The notes under the pieces are model-generated. The model saw only the letters and a program-made list of their open reading frames with translations. It did no database searches and was not told the origin of the DNA. From Myxococcota bacterium (lineage in GTDB: Bacteria > Myxococcota_A > UBA9160 > UBA6930), in contig OZ245015.1 in NCBI GenBank assembly GCA_965223705.1, positions 2,112,001 through 2,176,000 on the forward strand: a stretch of DNA of 64,000 nt, in the 5' to 3' direction. Shown in pieces: positions 37,271 to 46,638 of the stretch. The position numbers and the translations under genes were made by a program. Position 1 is the first letter of the stretch; each line of letters starts with the position of its first letter.

Positions 37271-38543
37271 AATGCATAGCGCCAGCATGCGGGTGCCGGG
37301 AACGACCGCTTGGACCCAGAGTTCCCCGCACCAAGCACGAGGAGACCGGCTGGCGTTCTCCGCGCTTCTCTTGGTCGTGATCGTCGAGTTCAGTCAGGTG
37401 CAGACCTTGTTCCCGATCCTCGCCGCCATCCGCCCGGCGCTGATCGCGAACATCGTCTTGATCGCGGCAGTCTGGTCCCACTCGACGCGCATGCCGTGGG
37501 GGCACCCGGTCCTGGTGGTGATGGTCGCCATGATCGCTTTCGCCGCCCTGTGGGTTCCCTTCGCGGCGAACAACTTCTGGGCCTACAGAATCTTCGAGTT
37601 TCTGGTGACGGAGCTGTTTTTTTGCCTCGGGGCCCTCGCGACGATTACCACGCGCAAGCGTCTCGCCACGTTCATGTTCGTCTTTCTCGGTTGCTTGGTC
37701 GTTCAAGCGTTGTGGGGTCTCACGCACGGGGGAACGGGGCTCGGCGGCTTCTTTGCGGACGAGAACGATCTCGCGCTCGCGATGTGCGTGGGGATTCCGT
37801 TCGGCGTCTTTTGCATGGCGTCGCTTCGTTCGCCCGTGGCGAAGGTGACGGGGTTGGCGATGGCGGCTCTCTTCACCGCCACGATCGGTGCGTCGCTTTC
37901 CCGGGGCGGCGTGGTCGGCCTCGCCGCGACGGGTTTGTCGATGATCTCCTTCAGCCGCCGACGCGTCGCGATCGCGGTCGGAATCGTCCTGGGAGCGCTG
38001 TTCTTCTGGATGGCTTCGCCGTCGTCGTACCGAGCGGAGATGCGGAGCATGTTCGACGGCAACGAGAGTACGCGCGTCCAACGCCTCGTCATGTGGGAAA
38101 ACGCGTTGCGCATGTTTGTGGCCAATCCAATTTTGGGGGTCGGCCCTGGAAACCTGCCCTGGAACATCGAACGGTACGAAGAAGCGGATCGACAGCAGCG
38201 GTCGCACGCGGGCCGCGCTGTGCACTCGATCTATTTCACCGTCCTACCCGAATGGGGGCTCGTCGGCACCGCGCTTTTCCTGGTGCTCGGTTGGCTCGTC
38301 ATGCGCGAGCTGTTTCGCTTAAAGCGCGCCGGTGGTTCCGAGACCGCGCAGGCGATGGCCCGAGCGACACTCTGCGCAGGCGTCGGTTGGGGGGCCGCGG
38401 GCGCGTTCTTGTCCGTCCTCTACTACCCGTACTTGTTCAAGTTCGTCGCGATGACGATTGCGGCCGGCAACATCGCGTCGCTCGAGGCCGAAGCGCTAGC
38501 GGAAGCCGGGGACGAAGCGGTGGAAGTCGACGCGCGTGGTTGA
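37271..38543 (+). CDS. O-antigen ligase/polymerase-like protein (exosortase-associated O-glycosylation ligase type)
   Basis: Multi-TM. DENDLAL, SLSRGG, PILGVGPGN, HSIYF..LPEWG. AAGGAG before ATG 37271. Confidence 0.85.
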
Positions 38544-39482
38544 GATCTCTTGATGGAGCGGGATCCGGGGCAGCTCGAAGGGATCGTCGCCCGCGCGCGC
38601 AACGCCGTAGGCCATCGTCAAGCCCGCCCGATAGCCCGCTTCCCGAGCCAACGCGCGAACCTGGGCATCGTGGGCGCCCGATGGATAGGCCAAGGCCTTT
38701 GCCGTGCCGAGTCCTCGCGCTTCGAGCGCTTCGCGCGCACCGACAAGCTCGGCACGCGCTTCGTCGGGCGTGACGGTCGGCAGGATCGCGTGGGACACCG
38801 AGTGCGACTCAAAACTGATACCGCCGCGATGCATCGTTTCCACTTCGGACCAGTCGAGGAGCTCGCGCCGCTGCTCCGGAGTCGCCGTTTCTTTTCGCAA
38901 CTCCCCGAGCATCCGATCGCGATCGTCCGGTCGCATCCCTTTCAAGGCGTCCAGGAAGACGTCGACCGGAGGGCCTGCGCTCGCCGCGGGCACCAAGCGG
39001 CGAACCAGCGTCGCGGCTTCGCCGTTCGAGAGAGCCCCGAGACGCGCGCACACTTCGTCGGGCCAGAATGCGCCGTCGGTACCGACCCGGTCCGCGACGA
39101 GGAAGACGGTCGCGGGAAGGTCGCGTTCGCGCAGCAGCGGGTAGGCCCACTGGTAATTGTCGAGCCAACCGTCGTCGAAGGTAATGGTGCACGCGCGTTT
39201 CGGGAGCGGCCCTTCGCCACGGAGTCCGGCCACGGCATCGTCGATCGAAACGACGGCGAACGACGCGACGAGCCAGTCGAGGTGCGCCTCAAAAACATCG
39301 GGCGTCACAAACATCGCCGGTTCGACGAATCCGCGCATGGCTTCCGCCTCAGGCAGCACGCGGTGATAGTTCAGGACAGCGACGGCCGTTCCGTCGAGGC
39401 GTTCTCGCTCGCGACGGTGCCGACCCGACCACTCGCCCCACTGCGCGAGAACGTGACGGGCTCGAGAGCGCCAGGAACTCAT
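38496..39482 (-). CDS. Polysaccharide deacetylase (CE4)
   Basis: LNYHRV, ITFDDGW, SHSVSH, AYPSG. Confidence 0.9.
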   Translation of the reverse strand: MSSWRSRARHVLAQWGEWSGRHRRERERLDGTAVAVLNYHRVLPEAEAMRGFVEPAMFVTPDVFEAHLDWLVASFAVVSIDDAVAGLRGEGPLPKRACTITFDDGWLDNYQWAYPLLRERDLPATVFLVADRVGTDGAFWPDEVCARLGALSNGEAATLVRRLVPAASAGPPVDVFLDALKGMRPDDRDRMLGELRKETATPEQRRELLDWSEVETMHRGGISFESHSVSHAILPTVTPDEARAELVGAREALEARGLGTAKALAYPSGAHDAQVRALAREAGYRAGLTMAYGVARAGDDPFELPRIPLHQEISTTRVDFHRFVPGFR

Positions 39483-39522
39483 GGACGGTGACCGTAACGA
39501 GACGGCGAGGGGTGGGCCACTG

Positions 39523-40596
39523 ATGTCTCCTTCGGTGCTCCACGTCATTTCCGGAGATCTTTGGGCCGGTGCCGAGGTCGCGACGTTTCACTTGCTTCAA
39601 GCCCTAGAAAAGCGTGACGACGTGGAGGTGGCGGCGGTGGTGCTGAACGAAGGCGAACTCGCCGAGCGCCTGCGTTGCGCCCGCGTCCCCTGTGAAGTGA
39701 TTGCGGAAGAGGCTTGCGGCTTCCTGGCGTTGGCACGGGAGATTCGTCAGCGGGCCTCCGGGTTCGATTTAGTCCACGCCCACCGTTACAAAGAGAACCT
39801 GTTGGCGGCCGGCAGTGGGAAGCCGTGGCTCGCGACCCAACACGGCATGCACGACGGAGGGCATTGGAGCGTGCGGTTGCGCACGGCGCTCGGGGAAACG
39901 CTCGACCTCGGCGCGAAATGGGGGCTCGCCGAGCGCGTCGTCGCGGTGTCCCACGCGATGCGCGATCGGCTGAGCAGGCGCTTTGGAGACCGGGTGGTGT
40001 GCATCTGGAACGGGATCGGCGACCCCTGGGATGGCGTTGCGCCGCAACCCTGGGAAACCCGCGCCGCAGTGTGCGGCGTTCTGGCGCGCCTTGTGCCGGT
40101 CAAAGGCATCGAGCTCGCGATCGAAGCCGTTGCGAGAACGCCGGGCGTCGAGCTCGAAATCATCGGTGATGGTCCGCTGCGTGCAGAGCTCGAGGCGCGC
40201 GCGGCGGCCGTCGGCGGTGCGGATCGTATACGCTTCCTCGGTTTCAAGCCGAATCCCCTGAGAGATCTCGCGCGTTGGCGGTGTCTCCTGGTCACGAGTC
40301 ACCACGAAGGGCATCCCATCGGCGTCCTCGAGAGTATCGGCGTCGGCACCCCGGTCCTCGCTGCCGAACTGCCCGGCGTCGAGGAGATTCTTGCCGGACG
40401 CGCGGGCTGGTCCGTCCCCAACCGGGATCCCGCCGCCTGGTCGGCGGCGATCGAGGCCGCCGTCCACCGCGTTCCAGAGGGAACCGCGGTGTCCCGCGCC
40501 GCGCGGGAGCGCTTTCTCGAAGCCTTTTCCGCCGAGCGCGCTGCGCGGGAAATGGCTGCGCTCTATCGCGACATCGCCACGGCTCGCGATGGATAG
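39523..40596 (+). CDS. Glycosyltransferase family 4
   Basis: HVISGDLWAGAE, ARLVPVKG, SHHEGHPIGVLE. Confidence 0.9.
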   Translation: MSPSVLHVISGDLWAGAEVATFHLLQALEKRDDVEVAAVVLNEGELAERLRCARVPCEVIAEEACGFLALAREIRQRASGFDLVHAHRYKENLLAAGSGKPWLATQHGMHDGGHWSVRLRTALGETLDLGAKWGLAERVVAVSHAMRDRLSRRFGDRVVCIWNGIGDPWDGVAPQPWETRAAVCGVLARLVPVKGIELAIEAVARTPGVELEIIGDGPLRAELEARAAAVGGADRIRFLGFKPNPLRDLARWRCLLVTSHHEGHPIGVLESIGVGTPVLAAELPGVEEILAGRAGWSVPNRDPAAWSAAIEAAVHRVPEGTAVSRAARERFLEAFSAERAAREMAALYRDIATARDG

Positions 40597-41365
40597 CGTC
40601 CGGGTCGACGCCCACGTTCACTTTCACGAAACCGACCCTGTCGCGGATTGGATGGAGCACGCCTTCGCGCAGGCCGACCAATGCGGCCTTCCTCTGTTTC
40701 TTCTGTGCGCAGATCCGGCGGGCGAAGAGGGATACGCGCGGCTTCGCGACGCTGCGGCTTCACAGCGGGAGCTTTCGTTCCGGGAGGCCGGTGAGCCCGA
40801 GAGCTTCGTTATCGAACGAGTGGGACGCGAGCTGGTGGTGTGCCGCGGCAGACAATGGGTGTCGAAGGAAGGCATCGAAGTGCTGCACCTCCTCTCGGCG
40901 GGAGAGTCCGACGAAGCGCGTTGGGCCTCGGGTGAAGAGCCCCTCTCCGCGCTGTTGTCCGAGCTCAGTGCTCGTCCAGGCGTGGTCGTCCTTCCATGGG
41001 GTTTCGGTAAGTGGCTAGGCGCTCGTGGGCGTGTGGTGACGGCCGAGATTCGCCGTTCGGTGGAGGCGGGGCATCCGATTTTCCTCGGGGATATCCGCGC
41101 GCGATGTTGGCCCTGGCGGTCGCCGACGACCCGCGCACCCGGCGTTCCCGTGCTACCGGGCAGCGACCCCCTTCCGATCGACGGAGGGTTTCGAGAGATC
41201 GGTCGCTACGGCTTTCGGGTACAGCTCGGCGAATGGCGTGCGCGGCCCGCCGCGCGTCTGCGCGAGGTGCTCCGAGGCGGCGCCGCGGTCGAAATCGTGG
41301 GACGACCGCAATCCGCGGTCGTCGCGGTGACCGACCAACTTCGGTACCGGCGGCGACCCCGTTGA
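40589..41365 (+). CDS. PHP/amidohydrolase-like metal-binding protein
   Basis: N-terminal DAHVH and C-terminal GSDPLP. Coupled to both neighbours. Confidence 0.6.
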   Translation: MDSVRVDAHVHFHETDPVADWMEHAFAQADQCGLPLFLLCADPAGEEGYARLRDAAASQRELSFREAGEPESFVIERVGRELVVCRGRQWVSKEGIEVLHLLSAGESDEARWASGEEPLSALLSELSARPGVVVLPWGFGKWLGARGRVVTAEIRRSVEAGHPIFLGDIRARCWPWRSPTTRAPGVPVLPGSDPLPIDGGFREIGRYGFRVQLGEWRARPAARLREVLRGGAAVEIVGRPQSAVVAVTDQLRYRRRPR

Positions 41366-42741
41366 CCGACACGCAGCTGCCGACCGACGTCGACGTCGCC
41401 ATTCTCGGAGGCGGGATCCAAGGCATGACGGCGCTCTACGAGTGCGCTCGCCGCGGTCTTCGCGCGATCCTTCTGGAGGAAGCGGATTTCGGTTCCGGCG
41501 CGTCTTCGCAAAGTATGCGGATTCTCCACGGCGGGCTTCGCTACCTCCAGTCGGGTTCGTTCCGACGGAGTGCGTCGACCGCGGCGGAGCGATCTCGGCT
41601 TCTCACCATCGCGGATTCGTACACGGCGCCCCTCGTGTGCCGACTCGACGCGAGGGATCGCAGCCAGCTGTTCCGCTTGAGTTTCCGGACGGGGCTCGCA
41701 ATCCACGGCCTGATCGCGCGGGCCGCGACCCGGTTCGCCGGGGGCACGTCGCTGCCACGGTCACAGCCGCCCCGCTGGGTCGACGGGTTCGTCCCCGATA
41801 CCGAAGCGATGCTCTTGGCATGGATGCATACGGCGCAGGAGCTCGGGGGGACCGAGGCCCACAACTACGCTTCTGCAGAAGAGCTCCGCGATGGGGGCGG
41901 CCGCATTGCCGCGCTGCACGTGGCCGGCGTCGAGATCGCGGTCAAACGGCTCCTCCGCTGCACGGGAGCGCGCGGAGTCTCGCGCCGCGTGCTGTCCGCG
42001 AACTTGGTGGTGGACCGACTCCACCTGCACGCCGAAGACGAAGCCATCGCGTTGCGCCATCCCGCCGACGGACGCTACGTCTTTTGCGTGCCCTGGGGCG
42101 ATCGATCGATCGTCGGTACGTGGAACCGCGCCGGCGGGGACGGCGCGACCGACAAGTCGGAATGGCTCGAGGAAATGCTCGCTTGGCTGCGTCCCGTCCA
42201 TGCAGAGCTCGCAGGGCTCGAAGCCGGTCGAGTGCGGGCGATTCAAGCCGGCTGGTTGCCCGCCGATTCGCGTGGCGAACCCGCCGAGCGCGGCACACTC
42301 GAAGCGCACGGTGACGGGTCCTACACGGTCTGCACGGATAAATGGACGACCGCGCGTGCGCTGTCGTCGCGGGCGGTGCGCTGCGTTGCCCGGGAACTCG
42401 GAAAGTCCCGGGCGGCCTCCATCGGAGACCGAGCCCTGCCTCCCCTGGTGGATCGCGAGGCGTTGATCCGCGAGTCGGCCCTCGCCTCCGAGGGCAGGGT
42501 CGAGACGCGGGTGCGTTTCGCCCTCGAGCGTGAACGGGCGCGCTCACTCGAAGATCTCGTTCTCCGTCGGCTGGGCATGGGCACCCAGGGCAGGCCCGGG
42601 GCGGAGGAGCTCGAAGCGTGCGTCGCCGCAGCCGCCCAGCTGCTGCATTGGGACGCCGCGCGGTCTGAGCGCGAACGTCAGGCCCTCGCGTCGAGTTCGG
42701 CGTTCCCCCCGCTCGCGATCGCGCCGGCGATCGACGCGTAG
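41362..42741 (+). CDS. FAD-dependent oxidoreductase, glycerol-3-phosphate dehydrogenase-like
   Basis: GGGIQG, DFGSGASSQSMRILHGGLRYL, KWTTAR, ARSLEDLVLRR. TTGA overlap. Confidence 0.85.
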   Translation: MTDTQLPTDVDVAILGGGIQGMTALYECARRGLRAILLEEADFGSGASSQSMRILHGGLRYLQSGSFRRSASTAAERSRLLTIADSYTAPLVCRLDARDRSQLFRLSFRTGLAIHGLIARAATRFAGGTSLPRSQPPRWVDGFVPDTEAMLLAWMHTAQELGGTEAHNYASAEELRDGGGRIAALHVAGVEIAVKRLLRCTGARGVSRRVLSANLVVDRLHLHAEDEAIALRHPADGRYVFCVPWGDRSIVGTWNRAGGDGATDKSEWLEEMLAWLRPVHAELAGLEAGRVRAIQAGWLPADSRGEPAERGTLEAHGDGSYTVCTDKWTTARALSSRAVRCVARELGKSRAASIGDRALPPLVDREALIRESALASEGRVETRVRFALERERARSLEDLVLRRLGMGTQGRPGAEELEACVAAAAQLLHWDAARSERERQALASSSAFPPLAIAPAIDA

Positions 42742-43898
42742 GCCGCGTGAATTCGCTCGCGATAGGCTTCGTAGGTATGACCGCGCTCGACGAAGGCAAC
42801 CCCCGCGCGCCCCAGCGCCTCGCGGAGTTCCGGGTCGCCGAGCAGTCGGAGCAGTCCGGCGCCCAAAGCCTCTGGCGTCGGATCGACCAGGCAAGCGACG
42901 CGATCGTCGAGCAGCTGCGTGTGGGTCGGAAGGCGCGTCAGCAACACCGGCTTCCCGGAATGTAGGAAGGGAAATACCTTCATCGGGGTGTTGATCCCGC
43001 GCAGTCGCGGAGCGGCCAAGATCGTCGCTTCGGCTATCAAGCCGGCCAAGTGTTCGAGCGGTTCCGGAGGGAGCCAGTGACACCGTTCTGCGACACCGGC
43101 CTCGCGCGAGCGCGCGTCGCCGCGGGCGCGCTCCGCCGGAGTTCCCCCCACGATCACGAGGTGCATCGCCGCCTCGCGCGCGGCCCACGCGAAGCCGTCG
43201 AGGAGAAGGTCGACGCCTTGGTAGCGCTCGAGGTTGCCCACATAGAGCACGATGGGCGCGTCGTCGCCGACGAGCGCGCGAAGTCGCCCGGTCGAAGTCA
43301 ACTGATCGCGGTCGAGTTGGGAGATATCGTGCAGCGTGGTGACGTGGGCCGCGCCGCGCCGTCGACACAGATCGGCGAGGGCCTCGCACACTGGAAAGGT
43401 CCACAGCGCCTCGCGTATGGCGCGCGCTTCGAATCGGCTGAAGACGCCGGCGAAGGGAGCGAGACGCGGTCGCGATTCGACGAGCTGCTGCGCGATCGAG
43501 GAGTCGAGGTCATACGCGTAGGGAATGCGGAAGAGGCGCCGGATCAGCATCGCCACGAAGACGGCCTCTTCCCCCGCGTGAACGAAATCATAGCGGTGTC
43601 GGGCGCACAACCAGAGGGCTCGAACGGCCAACAGGGCATCGAGGAAGAGCTTGCGCAGGCTGAACCCGGGGCCGGGCATACCGAACCCCGGGATCCGTGG
43701 CGTCCGCATGATTCGGGTGTCCGGGTAGTGTCGGTCTTCGCCGTCGGCGTAGACCAGGGCGTCGACTTCGATCTCCGGAAGCTCGGAGAGCGCGCGCAGC
43801 ACCAAGTCGAGATCGATCGGCGTGCCTCGCACGATGAAGTAGGGGTGGGGCGCGAGGACCAGGACTTTCAGGAGAGGTATCCCTGTTCTCGATACCAA
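42678..43898 (-). CDS. Glycosyltransferase family 4 (start TTG 43898 or CTG 43871)
   Basis: KVLVLAPHPYF.VRGTPI, YVGNLERYQGVD, PMKVF. Confidence 0.88.
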   Translation of the reverse strand: MVSRTGIPLLKVLVLAPHPYFIVRGTPIDLDLVLRALSELPEIEVDALVYADGEDRHYPDTRIMRTPRIPGFGMPGPGFSLRKLFLDALLAVRALWLCARHRYDFVHAGEEAVFVAMLIRRLFRIPYAYDLDSSIAQQLVESRPRLAPFAGVFSRFEARAIREALWTFPVCEALADLCRRRGAAHVTTLHDISQLDRDQLTSTGRLRALVGDDAPIVLYVGNLERYQGVDLLLDGFAWAAREAAMHLVIVGGTPAERARGDARSREAGVAERCHWLPPEPLEHLAGLIAEATILAAPRLRGINTPMKVFPFLHSGKPVLLTRLPTHTQLLDDRVACLVDPTPEALGAGLLRLLGDPELREALGRAGVAFVERGHTYEAYRERIHAAYASIAGAIASGGNAELDARA

Positions 43899-44854
43899 TC
43901 GCCCGTGCGCCGCAAGCCTTCATCGATGCCGATGCGGGGTTGATAACCGAGCATCTGTTTCGCCTTCTCGATACGGAACGCGCGAACCTGCCGAAACCAA
44001 TCGACACGACGCGGGAAGATCGGTGGGTTGATGCCGAACGGTTTGCAGGCCTTTTCGCAAACGTGACCCGCCACAATGAGCGGCCAGAGGGGGAAACGGC
44101 GAATCCTGACGTCCCTCCCCAACGCTTCGCCGATGCGCTGCACGAGTTCGAAGAGCGAGAAGTAGCGTTCGTCGCCGATCAAGAACGCCTCGCCGTCACC
44201 CACGCCCGGAGCCCCGGCCAACAAGAAGGCGTCGACCAAGTTGTCGATGTACACGGGGTGGTAGAAGGTCGCGCCCGAGCCGAACATCGGGAAGAACCCG
44301 CGATTCGCACGGCGATAGATCATCAAGAAACGCTCGGGATCGCCGGGACCGTAGATCGCCGTCGGACGGATGATCGAATAGGGAAGGGCGTCGCCGCAGA
44401 CGTCTGCCGTGGCGAGTTCTCCTTCGTACTTCGTCTGTTGGTAGTAGTCTTCCGGGGCGATGGGCGAACGCTCATCGCCCGGGGGATGCGCGATGTGCCC
44501 GTGGACGCCCTGGGTGCTGCAGTAGACGAGCTTGCGAGCGCCCGCCGCCCGAGCCGTTTCCGCGACAATCCGCGATCCCTCGACGTTGACCTCGCGGTAC
44601 AAGCGATCGGGCGCGCCGGTTTCGCGAAAGGCCGCCGCTAAGTGGAACACGACTTCCGCCTCGTCGCAGCCCCTCGCGACCGCGGCTCGATCCGTGACAG
44701 AGCCGAGCTCGACCCGCCCACCCAGTGATTCGATCTCCCCGCGACACAGGCCTTCTCGCTTGTCGAGAACCGCGACTTCGTGGCCGTCTCGCAGGAGCCG
44801 CAGGACGAGGGCCGCGCCGGTAAACCCGAGCCCGCCGGTAACAAATGCCTTCAC
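43868..44854 (-). CDS. NAD-dependent epimerase/dehydratase
   Basis: TGGLGFTG, YQQTK, RPTAIYGPGD. Confidence 0.9.
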   Translation of the reverse strand: MKAFVTGGLGFTGAALVLRLLRDGHEVAVLDKREGLCRGEIESLGGRVELGSVTDRAAVARGCDEAEVVFHLAAAFRETGAPDRLYREVNVEGSRIVAETARAAGARKLVYCSTQGVHGHIAHPPGDERSPIAPEDYYQQTKYEGELATADVCGDALPYSIIRPTAIYGPGDPERFLMIYRRANRGFFPMFGSGATFYHPVYIDNLVDAFLLAGAPGVGDGEAFLIGDERYFSLFELVQRIGEALGRDVRIRRFPLWPLIVAGHVCEKACKPFGINPPIFPRRVDWFRQVRAFRIEKAKQMLGYQPRIGIDEGLRRTGDWYREQGYLS

Positions 44855-46638
44855 GAGGATGCTCCCGCGGCGCGGCGGCGATCCTGAAGGGAGCCGTTCG
44901 GCCCTTTGACCAAGAAATCACCGATCGCCAAATAGTCGAGGCGGCTTGTCAGAAAAGCGCGAATAGCGTCGTCCGGGGAGCGGACGATCGGCTCCTCGTG
45001 CACGTTGAAGGAGGTGTTGACGATCGCGGGAATCCCCGTGCGCTCTCGAAACGCATCGATGAGTTCCCAGTACGGGCGATTGTCCTGGCGTCGAACGAGT
45101 TGCGGGCGTGCGGTGCCGTCGAGATGCACGACTCCGGGACAGTGATCGCGCATCCACGGAGTGCAGTGGAAGGTCGTCGTCATGAAGCGAGCCGTGTTCT
45201 CGCCGCCTCGCGCGTTCTCGAACAGATCGTCGGTTGCCTCCGCGAGACACGACGGGGCGAAAGGCATGAACTCCGTCCGTTTCAGTAGACCGTTCAACCA
45301 GTCGTTCGCCGAGGGGTCATCGGGGCGAAAGAGAATACTCCGGTTCCCCAGCGCTCGCGGTCCGTATTCCATGGCGTCCGCAAAACGGGCGATGACGGCA
45401 CCGTCAGCCAAGTGCTCGGCGACGCGCTTCGGCGCCTCCAAGCCGACGTGCTCGAAGGACAGGCCCGCGTTCTCGACGGCGCGTTGAATGTCGTCGGCGC
45501 TGAACGGGGTTCCGAGGTAGACGTGCTCGAGGGGTCGAGGGAGGGGTGTCTCGCCGCGCTCCCGCGCACGGTCGGCCCACATGGCCAACGCGCTGCCGAC
45601 GGCGAGTCCTTCGTCGGACATGCCGGGGTGCACGAACAGCTCATCCGTTCCCGGTAGGGCGAGGAGTTCCTCGTTCACGCGGACGTTCGCAAACAACCCG
45701 CCGGCCAGGGCCAACTTGCGTTTCCCGGTGCGTTGCTGCCAATGACCGACATAGGCGCGACACAGCTGTTCCGTGTGCTCCTGAATGCTCGCCGCGAGGT
45801 CCGCGCGATCCCAGTCAGCGGGGAGACTGTCGCGGATCGCGGCGACCGCCTGATGAAACAACTTCCCGGAGCGGTTGAGGAGAGTTCCGTCCCGACACTC
45901 GATCATGGCAGCGAGCCGGTCGATATAGGCAGGTACCCCGTGTGCCGCGAGTCCGGTCACCTTGCCTTCGTGCCGTTTCGCGCGAAAGCCACACAACACC
46001 GTGACGTACGCGTAGTAGTTGCCGAGGGAGTGGTACGAGTCCGTCCGCGTGACCGGGTAGAGCTCGCCGCGCTCTCCCCGGTAGATGTGCGAGCAGTTGC
46101 CATCGCCGCCCCCGTCCATCGTCACGACAAGCGCGTCCTCGAACGGGCTTGTGTAGTAGGCCGAAGCCGCGTGACACAAGTGGTGGTGAAAGAATTCGAC
46201 GGGAGCGTCGATCTCGAACTCGTCGCGTAGAATTTCCGGAATCCGTTTGCGTCGGTGTCGATAAGCAGGCTGCCGCAGCTGGTAGTAGGCTTTCTTCAGT
46301 GGGGGAAGGCGGTTCGCGAGGGTGCCGAAGCGCGACGCGATCTGAAAAAAGCGCGAGTGGAGATCGCGTTCGCCGTCGCGCGCTTCGAACCAGCCCGGCC
46401 ACGGCGCGGTCTCTTCGCGAAGCTCCATGTCCGATTGGGCGATGGCCACGCCGCCGAGTCCCGCAGGCGAGGTGGAGGTCAACCGCATGACTTCGGCGAT
46501 CGCGGTGCGGGGGAAGCCGCGCGTCATCTTGACGCGATTGAGCCGTTCTTCGTTGACGGCGGCGAGGATCACGCCGTCCTCGATGATGGCGGCGCCACTC
46601 GTTTGCCCGTCGGTGATCCCCAACCATCGCTCGCTCAC
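44851..46638 (-). CDS. Carbamoyltransferase (NodU/CmcH family)
   Basis: EERLNR.K, HHLCHAASAY, DGGGD, EGKVTGLA, EYGPRALGNRS, NTSFN. Confidence 0.92.
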   Translation of the reverse strand: MSERWLGITDGQTSGAAIIEDGVILAAVNEERLNRVKMTRGFPRTAIAEVMRLTSTSPAGLGGVAIAQSDMELREETAPWPGWFEARDGERDLHSRFFQIASRFGTLANRLPPLKKAYYQLRQPAYRHRRKRIPEILRDEFEIDAPVEFFHHHLCHAASAYYTSPFEDALVVTMDGGGDGNCSHIYRGERGELYPVTRTDSYHSLGNYYAYVTVLCGFRAKRHEGKVTGLAAHGVPAYIDRLAAMIECRDGTLLNRSGKLFHQAVAAIRDSLPADWDRADLAASIQEHTEQLCRAYVGHWQQRTGKRKLALAGGLFANVRVNEELLALPGTDELFVHPGMSDEGLAVGSALAMWADRARERGETPLPRPLEHVYLGTPFSADDIQRAVENAGLSFEHVGLEAPKRVAEHLADGAVIARFADAMEYGPRALGNRSILFRPDDPSANDWLNGLLKRTEFMPFAPSCLAEATDDLFENARGGENTARFMTTTFHCTPWMRDHCPGVVHLDGTARPQLVRRQDNRPYWELIDAFRERTGIPAIVNTSFNVHEEPIVRSPDDAIRAFLTSRLDYLAIGDFLVKGPNGSLQDRRRAAGASS

